Positions 1 through 9,661 of a DNA stretch of 55,601 nt are shown piece after piece; the stretch's first letter is position 1; the number at the start of each line of letters is the position of its first letter. Source of the stretch: Thermoplasmatales archaeon (GTDB taxonomy: Archaea > Thermoplasmatota > E2 > DHVEG-1). The notes beneath the pieces are model-generated. The model saw nothing but the letters and a program-made list of their open reading frames with translations. It did no database searches and had not been told where the DNA came from. The stretch covers positions 83,488 to 139,088 of the forward strand of contig CP070798.1 in NCBI GenBank assembly GCA_020343515.1, given 5' to 3'. The translations under genes were made by a program, and so were the position numbers.

Positions 1-460
1 CTTCAGTTATTGGAATATCATTTTCATTTGTATCTTTTTCAATGGAGGCAATATAGTTTTCCAGATTTGGGTTATCTTTTAATTTATTGACAGTCTTAAT
101 AAACGCATTAATTTGTTCGTCATTTAGTTTCTTTTCTTCATCTAAAATTGTAATAGCTCTGTCAATGAATTTGTCGAATCTATTATCATCCATTCTACTT
201 ATTATATCAATGATTCTTTGTGATAATGCATTTCTACTATTGGATGTGGGAAACGGTATTGTTGTAAATTTATTCTTTCCAATATAATCACAAGTCAAAT
301 CCCTGCTTTCTTTATCTATCGCCCTGTTGGTTCTAACAGTAAACAACGGTGATGCCTTCACATTAGGTTTAACACTCTGAAATCCACCTACAGAGGTAAA
401 CGAGACGCCGATAAGGATGGCAACTGCTATGATACTACCGATGAGTATCTTTTTATTCAT
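1..460 (-). CDS. Signal-peptide hypothetical protein, family A paralog (3' end runs off the window)
   Basis: Minus-strand ATG at 460-458 forms an ATGA overlap with the stop (459-457) of the upstream ORF. The frame stays open to position 1, so it is missing from the ORF track. Translation starts MNKKILIGSIIAVAILIGVSFTSVGGFQSVKPNVKASPLFTVRTNRAIDKESRDLTCDYIGK. Positions 275-437 are about 88% identical, ungapped, to 55439-55601. Confidence 0.65.
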   Translation of the reverse strand, partial: MNKKILIGSIIAVAILIGVSFTSVGGFQSVKPNVKASPLFTVRTNRAIDKESRDLTCDYIGKNKFTTIPFPTSNSRNALSQRIIDIISRMDDNRFDKFIDRAITILDEEKKLNDEQINAFIKTVNKLKDNPNLENYIASIEKDTNENDIPITE

Positions 461-846
461 TCAATCCACCAACCCCATCCAAATTGTTCAGATATTGATT
501 CCCATATATACTTCCATGAACTACTGGTAATATAAAGCATAAAACATCTATAAAAAACCAAAGTATACGAAACATCAAATCCAGGAGGATATTCGCTTGG
601 TTCGGTTGCTAATTCCCATAATACTGATAATCTAATGCCTCTAAATAATAATATTGAATTAATCAAATAAAACAATAATGGAAATTTGTCTGGTGGTTTA
701 TAATTTTGAATATCAGAGAGAGTTATTTCCTTATAATCTGTTGTTAAGTCATTCTCAATTAAATTATATTGAAGCGAAGATACAATAGGCATTAAAAGAA
801 GTAAAGTTAGAACCAGCATACAACCTACTAGGATTGACTTTTTCAT
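457..846 (-). CDS. Hypothetical membrane/secreted protein (129 aa)
   Basis: N terminus MKKSILVGCMLVLTLLLLMPIVSS looks like a signal peptide, and more hydrophobic segments follow. Its stop overlaps the start of the downstream family A gene. I recognise no family. Confidence 0.5.
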   Translation of the reverse strand: MKKSILVGCMLVLTLLLLMPIVSSLQYNLIENDLTTDYKEITLSDIQNYKPPDKFPLLFYLINSILLFRGIRLSVLWELATEPSEYPPGFDVSYTLVFYRCFMLYITSSSWKYIWESISEQFGWGWWIE

Positions 847-879
847 TCTTTCCCCATATTCTCATATATGTTCTATTAT

Positions 880-1149
880 TTAGTTTTTATCCGTATTTTG
901 GGCTTTTTTGTAACTAATTGCCTTTTTCATCAGAGTAAGCCACTTGTTATTGCCCTCAATCGTTATCCCAGCTTCTTCTGATGGTGTCTTACCGTCAAGA
1001 GATTCATGTGGTTTAATGAAATTGTAGTACAATCTGTGACCTTCTACAATCGGTGTAACCTCTGTTTTCAATGCCCTCATAACCTTTTCACGCTGACGGA
1101 TAGTACCATGCAACCTTTCAACGTGATTGTTATTTGGATGGTGTTGCAA
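880..1149 (-). pseudogene. C-terminal fragment of a DDE transposase (IS6-like), N-terminal part missing
   Basis: The translation NNNHVERLHGTIRQREKVMR...YYNFIKPHESLDGKTPSEEAGI matches the region around the catalytic Glu and the C-terminal block of IS6-type / rve-fold transposases. Only about 89 codons remain, with no ATG (TTG only) and no upstream DD-containing part. I saw no terminal inverted repeats. Confidence 0.6.
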
Positions 1150-1307
1150 CCCTACATTGTATAGGTGGTTTGTCTCAAATATTAAATTTCACAAAATTTT
1201 AAAATAATTCAAGTGTAAAAATTTGAAGAGGTTTTTTCTCCTTATAAAATATGTCTTCCTTCGTAAAATATTACATTCGGAACTACTGCTGTCTGTCTGT
1301 CTTTTTT

Positions 1308-1315
1308 AAAAAAAG
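1308..1315 (-). terminator. Oligo-T tract (T8 on the minus strand) just after the stop of the 1322-2878 gene
   Basis: Minus strand reads TAA-GGACTTC-TTTTTTTT. Archaeal termination typically uses oligo-T runs. Confidence 0.4.
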
Positions 1316-1321
1316 AAGTCC

Positions 1322-2878
1322 TTATGGAAAACTTGACAAGGATTCTCTCTCATGAACAATTTTATCATTCAGATAAATCTGAGTTTTTAGTATCGTAGAA
1401 ATACCCTGGGGAACATCCATGGTCATCTTAACTATCTTTTTCGATCCTGCTGCCAACGAGTATGCCTGGGTTGTTTCCTGATTGTAATAAATATCGTGTT
1501 GGCTAAAAAACGCACCCCGGATTTTGAAATCATTAGCTGTCTCTCGCCCAAGGTTTTCCACAACGATTTCCATCTTTATGTAATCTGACCCATCACTACC
1601 ACTATAGTGTGTTGCATTCTTCCAGCTATGTGTAAGGAGTGGACGTTGCTTTATTGCATAAATCGTTACATTCGATAGGCCTTCATGCTCTGAAGGTATT
1701 TTTCCACAAGGCCAACCACTACTGGTCGTTTCTAAAAAGTAATATTCTTCAATGTAGTAGTCATAAGTTGTTGCACTTTCATCCAAATGTACGCCAACTG
1801 CCACATGACTTGGTAGCTTCAAAAGTGAAACATTGTAACCACTACTATCAAGAATGGATGCTATTAGTATCGCTTTATCTTCACAATCACCTTTAGCATC
1901 TTTTAACGACTCAAAAGGGTAGCGCGGATAATCAGACTCAGTTACATCTTCAACATATTCCAAGTGTTGCACAAAAGATGCTGCAAAATTAATGAATGCC
2001 ACATCTGTGGACGAATCTGTTATTGATTGCAATCTTCCAACTATCAAATCAACGTATTTATCATCATAACCATCAAAAACATATGCAGCATAGTCTTCTA
2101 AAGCAAGACGCTCTAAACTGCTGTAGTGGTCATATAAAAATTCAACATCCGGTAGTACAAGATTTTTATTTCCCATGTATCTCCATCTAAACTTCAACTC
2201 TGCAACATTTTCAGATGGAGTGACATTATATGCAATATCGGCAATGTTTTCTCCTTTAGAGTTTTTCAAAAAGAGTTCTAACACACGGTTTCCCATTGAA
2301 ATACCGTCAATATGTACAAAACAATAGGTATTGCTACTTTGATATGGTAAAATCACTGTCGGTAAAAAAAATGCAGATGATCTTTTGTTGTCAATTTGAA
2401 CATCTACATTATATGGATATAAGGGAAGATTACCGTGGTTAATAAGAGTTATATTCAAACCAAGGAGCGAATATTTGCCGTCCTCCAACCACCAATATTC
2501 AATAACCTCAGCTATAGAGATATTTTGACTCCCAAAAAAGAGTTCGTTTTCGAAGATTACATTTTCATTTTCATCATAGGCTTTTACCTCGTACCTACCA
2601 GGAGGAGGAGTTGCTCTGTATTCATCAAGATAGGCCACTGCAGTATGAGCTCCCCTATGGTAATCATCTAAAAAAAGAACCTCTCCAACGGGGCCAAACA
2701 CCTTGAGCGTCATTTTGTCAGAGGTATTGAAATTAATCTGTAAACTGGCAAATCCATCATCATCGTATATATATGAAGAAATCAATGAGAAATTAGTTCT
2801 ATTAAAAAGTGTGCATCCCGAAAAGGAACTTACCATTGTAAGAGTAACAACTATAACAACACTTTTATTCACAGACAT
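1322..2878 (-). CDS. Secreted (lipobox-like SFSGC) protein with a transglutaminase-like cysteine-protease core
   Basis: N-terminal hydrophobic leader. The block KGDCEDKAILIASILDSSGYNVSLLKLPSHVAVGVHL...YYFLETT gives Cys, His and an acidic residue in the order of a transglutaminase-like fold. Confidence 0.6.
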   Translation of the reverse strand: MSVNKSVVIVVTLTMVSSFSGCTLFNRTNFSLISSYIYDDDGFASLQINFNTSDKMTLKVFGPVGEVLFLDDYHRGAHTAVAYLDEYRATPPPGRYEVKAYDENENVIFENELFFGSQNISIAEVIEYWWLEDGKYSLLGLNITLINHGNLPLYPYNVDVQIDNKRSSAFFLPTVILPYQSSNTYCFVHIDGISMGNRVLELFLKNSKGENIADIAYNVTPSENVAELKFRWRYMGNKNLVLPDVEFLYDHYSSLERLALEDYAAYVFDGYDDKYVDLIVGRLQSITDSSTDVAFINFAASFVQHLEYVEDVTESDYPRYPFESLKDAKGDCEDKAILIASILDSSGYNVSLLKLPSHVAVGVHLDESATTYDYYIEEYYFLETTSSGWPCGKIPSEHEGLSNVTIYAIKQRPLLTHSWKNATHYSGSDGSDYIKMEIVVENLGRETANDFKIRGAFFSQHDIYYNQETTQAYSLAAGSKKIVKMTMDVPQGISTILKTQIYLNDKIVHERESLSSFP

Positions 2879-4086
2879 AGAGCTTTCAATTTTTTTTCAA
2901 TTACTACACCTAATCTTCTCATACCCTCCTCAAGCTGTTCATTGGTAGAATAAGAAAAGTTCAACCTCATAGACCTACCACCTCCTCCATCCACACAAAA
3001 AGCCTTCCCATGCACATACGCAACTTTTTCCTTCAAAGCATCAAGAAACATAATCTCAGTATCAATTCCTTCAGGTAGAGTAGCCCAGGCAAACATACCA
3101 CCTTGCGGTTTATTACAGCTACAACCATCGGGGAAACAACTCTCCATAGCATTTATCATAATATCCCGCTTTGGTTTATACATCTCACAGAGTTTCATAA
3201 TATGCAAATCAAGGGAGCCGCTCTTAATAAATTCATTGGCAATAAACTGAGTAAAGGTATTTGTACACAGATCTAAGGCCTGTTTACAGATAATCATTTT
3301 TCTCGTCAGCTCCTCATTTGCAATGGTCCATGCCAATCGGAAACCAGGAGCGAGAATCTTTGAAAACGTCGACATATAGATGATATTCTCTTCGTCGTCA
3401 TAAGCCTTTAAAGGTTTGATGTGAGGAATATCATATCCAAGTTTGCCATATGGGTCATCTTCGACGACTATGAGATCATACTCACTAGCTATATCAATGA
3501 GTTTTTTTCGCCGTGATTCAGACATGACAACACCAGCAGGGTTTTGAAAGGTTGGCACAACGTAGACAAACTTGGGAAATAAATTGTCTTTAAGCAGGTC
3601 TTTTATTTTTTCTTCCAAGGCATCGATTATCATGCCATCTTCATCAAGGGGTATTCCCACCAAATTAGCTTCATAGCTTCTAAACGCGTTAATACCACCG
3701 AGATAGGTCGGAAGGCCAACCAATGGAATATCACCAGGGTTGAGAAAGAGTTTTCCAACAGTATCCAGGGCCTGCTGTGAACCACTTGTAATAATAATAT
3801 TATCTGCTGTACAATCGATGCCATCTTTCCGTGATCGTTCTGCTATTGCTTCACGTAATTCATCTAAACCCTGGGTTGTACCATATTGTAGAGCAGTTTT
3901 TCCATGATGATCTATCACAGATTGTATGGAAGCCTGTAACTCTTGTATTGGAAAAGATTTTGGATTTGGCAGCCCACCAGCAAAAGAAATTATCTCAGGA
4001 TCCTGTGTTACTTTTAAAAGCTCACGTATCTCTGATTTTCTCATTTTTCCTGCTCTATCCGAATATAGTCTACTAATGTTTTCCAT
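2869..4086 (-). CDS. PLP-dependent aminotransferase, class I/II (2-aminoadipate/aromatic/kynurenine aminotransferase-like)
   Basis: SEIRELL...FAGGLPNP, TSGSQQALD, FQNPAG, and STFSKILAPGFRLAW containing the PLP lysine. Confidence 0.85.
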   Translation of the reverse strand: MENISRLYSDRAGKMRKSEIRELLKVTQDPEIISFAGGLPNPKSFPIQELQASIQSVIDHHGKTALQYGTTQGLDELREAIAERSRKDGIDCTADNIIITSGSQQALDTVGKLFLNPGDIPLVGLPTYLGGINAFRSYEANLVGIPLDEDGMIIDALEEKIKDLLKDNLFPKFVYVVPTFQNPAGVVMSESRRKKLIDIASEYDLIVVEDDPYGKLGYDIPHIKPLKAYDDEENIIYMSTFSKILAPGFRLAWTIANEELTRKMIICKQALDLCTNTFTQFIANEFIKSGSLDLHIMKLCEMYKPKRDIMINAMESCFPDGCSCNKPQGGMFAWATLPEGIDTEIMFLDALKEKVAYVHGKAFCVDGGGGRSMRLNFSYSTNEQLEEGMRRLGVVIEKKLKALCL

Positions 4087-4158
4087 AAACCCTCCAAACC
4101 CCTGTATCTAGTAAAGTTTTATATGTATTTCGTAAAAGAGAGAAAAAACGTTGATGTT

Positions 4159-4344
4159 CTATTCTTTTTTCCGCTCAGGGAATAACTCTTTCAAATGGTC
4201 TTCAAAAGCAGGCATACATTCAATGGTTTCAATGTCAGAGTTAAATCTATGTATAAAAAAAGCTAATTCTTCATCTAATGTCATCTGTTCTTTTCGATCA
4301 GGAAACATACGGCTTGTTTCTTCCTCAACCTTTTCTTCATCCAT
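4159..4344 (-). CDS. Small acidic hypothetical protein (61 aa)
   Basis: ORF only. It lies on the same strand upstream of the aminotransferase. No motif recognised. Confidence 0.3.
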   Translation of the reverse strand: MDEEKVEEETSRMFPDRKEQMTLDEELAFFIHRFNSDIETIECMPAFEDHLKELFPERKKE

Positions 4345-4466
4345 AGTTCCATACTTGAACTCAATTAACCATTAATAAGCTTTTCTCATCATTGTCATGG
4401 TTTGTAGTAATCAAAAAATTTTTATAACAACTATTTGTTAATAATATTATAAAGGGGAATAATAAT

Positions 4467-6419
4467 ATGAAAAAAGGAAAAAATTTGACTCTTGCAGCTA
4501 TACTTGTACAATTGATATTGATATCTAGTAGTATCAACGCTGTTTATATTACATCAGATCATATACAGTTAGAGAAACCAAACGAAACTACTACAATAAA
4601 ATTGTTTCAACAGTTTTCAACACCAGAAATCAAAGATAACAACGAATTTCTAAATATTCATGTTAAAGAAGCAAATTCATTTATAACAAATAATGGAGAG
4701 CCTGTTTTACCTATTTTCATAAAAACACTTGAATTTCCACTTGGCACTCGAATCAAAGAAATTAGATGCACAAGTTCTGAATCTATTAAAATTCAGCTAT
4801 CAAAAAAGATTATTCCAGCACCCAAACCAATCATAAAAAATGATGAAAAAGAAATGTCAAATCTAGAAAAAAATGAAAAGATTTACAGTAGTAATAAATT
4901 ATTCCCAGAAAGTTGGTACTCTTACAAACTCGGTGGCGGGTTAAACAGAAATAACGAACATACAACCTTTTTAACAATACAGATGAACCCTGTAAAATAC
5001 AATCCAATAGAAGATACCTTACAATTTGTAAACTCCATCAAATTGGAAATATATTATGAAGAGCCCGGTGAGCCGTTTTTGGTAGTTGATGAATATGATC
5101 TTCTGATCATTTCAGTTGACTTGTATAAGCCTCTTCTCAGCCCTCTCGTAGATCATAAAGAGAGCCATAACTTACAAACAAAACTAGTAACCGTTAAAGA
5201 AATCTATAATAGTGCTTATTTCTCAGCCAGAGGTGAAGACAACCCTGAGAAAATCAAATATTTCATCAAGGATGCCATAGAAAACTGGGGCATAAAATAT
5301 GTAATGCTAGTCGGAGACTTTAGAAAGGTGCCGTTAAGGTATACCCATCTCGAGACAGATAAAGGAGGCGTCTACGAAGAATTAAAATTTGCAAGCGACC
5401 TTTACTACGCTGACATATATGACTCAAAGGGTAATTTTTCAAGTTGGGATAGCGACGACGATGGCATATATGGAGAATGGCCACATCCTCATACAATGGA
5501 AGACACCGTTGATCTCATTCCAGATGTATATATTGGTAGGCTAGCATGCATGTTTTCCTTCGAAGTAAAAACCCTTGTAGAAAAGATAATTGATTACGAG
5601 GAAAACACCCATGGCTCAAATTTGTTTGATACCATGATTGTCATAGGTGGTGATACATTTAATAAAGCTTGGGAGGGTGGAACAGACTACAACGAAGGAG
5701 AAGAAGCAAGCGATAAAGCGCTAGAATATATGACAGGATTTAACCCAGTAAGAATATATGCATCTCTTGGAAACTTAACAACTGAAAACATATACAATGA
5801 AATAGGTAAAGGAGCAGGTTTTCTCTATTTCGTTGGTCATGGTAATCCTAAGACTTGGGCTACCTATGATAATGGTGATTATGTAAACTCGATTGGAAGA
5901 TTTCCAAATAAAGAAATAAAGAAACTTACAAACAGTGAAATGTATCCAATTGTAATGGTTGGTGGATGTCATAACAGCGAATATGATGTCACCCCGTTAA
6001 ACTTTATAAAGGGACTACTTGAAGAAGGACTCGGTTTCTTTTCATATAGCGAAGACGGTTTTGGTTCATACTATTTATATAAGTGGGTTCTTGAATGTTG
6101 GGGCTGGGTTTTTGTAAAAGTTAACGGAGGTGGAGCCATAGCATCAATGGGAAGCGTCGGCTATGGCGGTGTGAGCATTGGAGATCACAATGGCAATGAT
6201 ATACCTGATTGTATAGAGGGTCTTGATGGATGGTTTGAAACACAGTTCTTCAGATTATATAACGAGGAAAACATTACAATACTAGGGGAAACATATGGAC
6301 AGGTAGTAACAAATTATGTGAACAACTTCCCTGTATATACAGATAGATATGATTGTAAGATTGTAGAAACACACGTGTTACTGGGTGATCCCAGTCTCAA
6401 AATTGGTGGATATGAATAA
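4467..6419 (+). CDS. Secreted peptidase C25 (gingipain-like, clan CD) family protein
   Basis: Signal peptide. YVMLVGDFRKVPLRY, then a His block FLYFVGHGNPKTW and a Cys block IVMVGGCHNSEYD in the clan CD order. Confidence 0.7.
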   Translation: MKKGKNLTLAAILVQLILISSSINAVYITSDHIQLEKPNETTTIKLFQQFSTPEIKDNNEFLNIHVKEANSFITNNGEPVLPIFIKTLEFPLGTRIKEIRCTSSESIKIQLSKKIIPAPKPIIKNDEKEMSNLEKNEKIYSSNKLFPESWYSYKLGGGLNRNNEHTTFLTIQMNPVKYNPIEDTLQFVNSIKLEIYYEEPGEPFLVVDEYDLLIISVDLYKPLLSPLVDHKESHNLQTKLVTVKEIYNSAYFSARGEDNPEKIKYFIKDAIENWGIKYVMLVGDFRKVPLRYTHLETDKGGVYEELKFASDLYYADIYDSKGNFSSWDSDDDGIYGEWPHPHTMEDTVDLIPDVYIGRLACMFSFEVKTLVEKIIDYEENTHGSNLFDTMIVIGGDTFNKAWEGGTDYNEGEEASDKALEYMTGFNPVRIYASLGNLTTENIYNEIGKGAGFLYFVGHGNPKTWATYDNGDYVNSIGRFPNKEIKKLTNSEMYPIVMVGGCHNSEYDVTPLNFIKGLLEEGLGFFSYSEDGFGSYYLYKWVLECWGWVFVKVNGGGAIASMGSVGYGGVSIGDHNGNDIPDCIEGLDGWFETQFFRLYNEENITILGETYGQVVTNYVNNFPVYTDRYDCKIVETHVLLGDPSLKIGGYE

Positions 6420-6447
6420 CCCTAGTGCATTTGATAAATAATAAAAA

Positions 6448-6801
6448 CTAGGTGTTATAAGATCGTATTAACCAAGCGTTTCTCGGTATTTTCTGATAGA
6501 TTTTATAGGGATTTTCCACCACAGGTTTTCTATATGCCTCCTCCCGTATAGTATCATTGTTAAAAGACCAGTAATATTTCCGCATGAATTTTCCTTTCTC
6601 CCTATATTCTTCTCTTCGCAGTTTAAGAAAATTCTCTTTATGGAGTTCATAAAACAAGGAACGTACATGTTTATCAATAGTCATGTCTTCAATTTCTTTT
6701 TCTCCATCAAAAATTTCTTCTACGGTTTTAGCAAGTGACGATGCATCTTCTTGTGTCATTTCAAACTTCTTTTTTAAGGCCTTTACAAATAAACCATTCA
6801 T
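6448..6801 (-). CDS. Hypothetical protein (117 aa)
   Basis: ORF preceded on the minus strand by a GGTGATC Shine-Dalgarno (6812-6806) and a TTTATAAA box. No family recognised. Confidence 0.55.
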   Translation of the reverse strand: MNGLFVKALKKKFEMTQEDASSLAKTVEEIFDGEKEIEDMTIDKHVRSLFYELHKENFLKLRREEYREKGKFMRKYYWSFNNDTIREEAYRKPVVENPYKIYQKIPRNAWLIRSYNT

Positions 6802-6835
6802 ATGTGATCACCACAAACCACTCTTTGTTGAGCTC

Positions 6836-6843
6836 TTTATAAA
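6836..6843 (-). promoter_or_regulatory. TATA-like box TTTATAAA about 35 nt upstream of the 6801 start
   Basis: Resembles the archaeal TATA consensus at the expected spacing. The genome is AT-rich, so specificity is limited. Confidence 0.3.
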
Positions 6844-6890
6844 GGGTTTATTGTACAACCATTACCAGGTATCTTTACAGTTATTATCCA

Positions 6891-6900
6891 AAAAAAAAAA
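6891..6900 (-). terminator. T10 tract (minus strand) about 55 nt downstream of the radical SAM gene
   Basis: A10 on the plus strand. It is the longest homopolymer I noticed and sits between two same-strand genes. Confidence 0.35.
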
Positions 6901-6954
6901 TTGAAAATTCAGGCTTTAGGTCAAAACCGAATTTAGATACTAAATCTTAACAAA

Positions 6955-8523
6955 TCATGTGAGATATTTTTGCCCAAGGAATTTTATAAGATTTAATCCT
7001 TTTAGACTAACAGATGAGTACGTCTCTCTCAGGCCAAACGGGTCTGTTCTGTATTTATTAAGCTCTCTTTTAATTCCATCTAGAGACTTGTTGATTGCAT
7101 ATTCTAAGATTCTGTTTTTAATCCTATCTTTTCTAGTACCTCCTCTAAAAGTCTGCATCAAGGATAGAAAATGGCTGTCCTTAATTGATCTAATAGTTTC
7201 CATCCAACATTTGTAGAACAGTTCCCATCTCCGTTCTGTGATATTGTCAAAGTTAAAGAAATCACTCTTTTCCAATTCGCTACCTTCAACAGGAGCAAAG
7301 TAAAAAATGTAATATAACAATTTGTTTTGTTTTAAGTCATCAACAAGATCCAATGTTTTTGTGACGTCCTCCTCTCGTTCATCAGGCAAACCAGTTATTA
7401 GGTGGCACAGGGGATACCAATTATTATCATTTAAAATATTAATAGCGGTTTTAACAAGTTCACTCCAATCATCGGGATTATAAGGTTTAGCTTTTCCCTC
7501 CATATATTTTTTTATCAATCTCTCACTGCCTGTTTCTAATCCAACTATAGTGTCTACCGGTAATTCTTTTGTACAACCCATAATATCTGAAATTTCTTCA
7601 CAGGTTTTTTTTCCTTTAATTGTTGAAGCAATCGACACGTCACTAATGTTTGTATAATTAACATTATATTTTCTTCTTAGTTTGAAAATAGAGTTTATTA
7701 AATCTACTATAGCATTATTATTTACTTCCACCTCTTTAGATCCATAAAGAAAAAAATCTTCCGTAATCAGAGACAAGTATTTTATTCCATTTTCAAAATT
7801 GGTTTCGATTTCATCTAAAATCCTTTTTTTGGGGAAACTTATCCATTTCATAAGTGTAGGGGCACAAAACATGCAGCCTCGAGGACATCCTTGTGTAAGC
7901 TGTACATGTCCCATTCTTGCCGCACCCTTTATAATGGAAAGCTCATCTATGCCAACGGATTTTGCAACAAATTTTTTAGGGAGAGGTTCATTATTCATGG
8001 CCATTTGAAATAGTTCAATAGATCCTTCTCCTGAGCCCATTACATAACTATCAATGAGATTGTGATATTTGTTGTCTGTTTCAAACTCTGAAGCTCCAGG
8101 ACCACCGATTATTATACTAAAGGATTGTTTGCTTTTCATCCTGTTTAATAAAAAGAGTAAATTTAGAAACTCTCTTTGAGTCACCGATTCTCCTCCCCCA
8201 AAGATGTTAGTAAGTGTCCATGGATGAGGTTTTTTTGTAAAAGGATCAACAGTTGATACTCCAACGATTTTTGGTTTTAACTTCTTGATTTTCTTAATAT
8301 CTTGTGGAGGCAATATAGATACATTAAATCCCTCATCTAATAATTTGGCCTCTACTCTCCTAAGAGCATAGGTACATTGTCCTTCTTTGATTTTAGGTAA
8401 TAACAGGTTTAGAAAAAGTTTTGGTACAAGTCTTTCTGGGAGACATGCAATATGACCTAAGGGTATAATCCCATTATAATCAGTCATTAGAGTTCTATCA
8501 GCGGTCAATACGACATCGGTCAT
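6955..8523 (-). CDS. Radical SAM protein with an N-terminal B12-binding-like (Rossmann) domain
   Basis: CPRGCMFC is a CxxxCxxC motif. The N-terminal KIVGVSTV...IIIGGPGASEF...YVMGSGEG pattern is typical of B12-binding-domain radical SAM proteins. Confidence 0.8.
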   Translation of the reverse strand: MTDVVLTADRTLMTDYNGIIPLGHIACLPERLVPKLFLNLLLPKIKEGQCTYALRRVEAKLLDEGFNVSILPPQDIKKIKKLKPKIVGVSTVDPFTKKPHPWTLTNIFGGGESVTQREFLNLLFLLNRMKSKQSFSIIIGGPGASEFETDNKYHNLIDSYVMGSGEGSIELFQMAMNNEPLPKKFVAKSVGIDELSIIKGAARMGHVQLTQGCPRGCMFCAPTLMKWISFPKKRILDEIETNFENGIKYLSLITEDFFLYGSKEVEVNNNAIVDLINSIFKLRRKYNVNYTNISDVSIASTIKGKKTCEEISDIMGCTKELPVDTIVGLETGSERLIKKYMEGKAKPYNPDDWSELVKTAINILNDNNWYPLCHLITGLPDEREEDVTKTLDLVDDLKQNKLLYYIFYFAPVEGSELEKSDFFNFDNITERRWELFYKCWMETIRSIKDSHFLSLMQTFRGGTRKDRIKNRILEYAINKSLDGIKRELNKYRTDPFGLRETYSSVSLKGLNLIKFLGQKYLT

Positions 8524-8681
8524 TAAAAAGGGTATCTAATAGCAAGTTTATCATATTTACTAAGGGGCCTTACACGATATTAAATAAAACATGTCATCTT
8601 ATAGTTAACGAAAGTTCTATAATCATATTTTATAATGAAATGAAAATGTAACCATTGCCAAGGTAAAATAATTAGAATCGT

Positions 8682-9620
8682 TTAACTTAAGACAAGTGAA
8701 AGAACTGCTTTTTCTGTGTGCATCCTGTTTTCACCTTGATCAAATACAACACTTTGTAAACCTTCTATTACGCTGTCGGTAATCTCCTCTCCTCGATAAC
8801 AAGGGAGACAATGCATAAAAATTGCATCACTTTTCGCCTTTGCAATAGTCTCATCATTAATCTGATAGCTGGCAAAGGCTTTCTTACGCTCTTCAATATT
8901 TTTATGACCCATACTGTGAAAAGTATTTGCATATACAACATCAGCATCTTTAACAGCTGTTTCTAGGCTTTCTGTTATAACCATCTTAGTCTTTCTTATT
9001 TTGGCGTTATCCTCAGCAAAATCCATTACTACTTTAGCAGGTTTCCAACCCTTAGGTAAAGCAACATAACAGTCCATACCTAGTAGGCTACAACAAATCA
9101 TAAGGGTATGACATACATTCCATGGGTCCCCTACATAAGCAAGTTTATTACCTGATATCTCCCCTTTGTGCTCTCTTATAGTTAGCATATCTGCAAGCCC
9201 TTGACATGGATGTGTGAGATCAGTGAGGGCATTTATAACAGGTTTTTCCATATAATGTGCATATTCTTCAACTATATTCTGACCATAGGTTCTAATAACC
9301 AAAGCGTCACAATATCTATCCAGAATGCGTGCTGTATCTTTAACAGGTTCACCTCTTGACAACTGCATAGTTTCAGGTGTGGCAAAAAAACTCTGCATAC
9401 CTAAATGGGCAATTGCAACTTGGAAACTAAACCTAGTACGCGTGCTTGGTTTCTCAAAAACCATGGCAATGGTATGCCTCTGTAAAAAATTGTGAGCTTT
9501 TTTCATTTTATGTTTATATTTTAGATCTTTAGCTACCTCCAGAATATAGTGAATTTCTTCTGGCTTGTAATCCATTAACGTTAAGAAATCTCTTCCTATG
9601 AAATGATTCTTCATGCTCAT
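8682..9620 (-). CDS. argF: Ornithine carbamoyltransferase-like transcarbamylase
   Basis: FEKPSTRTRFSF, HPCQGLADMLT and MHCLPCYRGEE. The DxxxSMG ornithine motif reads NTFHSMG (see findings). Confidence 0.75.
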   Translation of the reverse strand: MSMKNHFIGRDFLTLMDYKPEEIHYILEVAKDLKYKHKMKKAHNFLQRHTIAMVFEKPSTRTRFSFQVAIAHLGMQSFFATPETMQLSRGEPVKDTARILDRYCDALVIRTYGQNIVEEYAHYMEKPVINALTDLTHPCQGLADMLTIREHKGEISGNKLAYVGDPWNVCHTLMICCSLLGMDCYVALPKGWKPAKVVMDFAEDNAKIRKTKMVITESLETAVKDADVVYANTFHSMGHKNIEERKKAFASYQINDETIAKAKSDAIFMHCLPCYRGEEITDSVIEGLQSVVFDQGENRMHTEKAVLSLVLS

Positions 9621-9661
9621 GATTAATCAATCCTTAATATCGTAAATGGTATTGTTAATTA

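Noticed and set aside
1290-1301. (TGTC)x3 microsatellite
   Set aside because: Only three units, too short to be meaningful.
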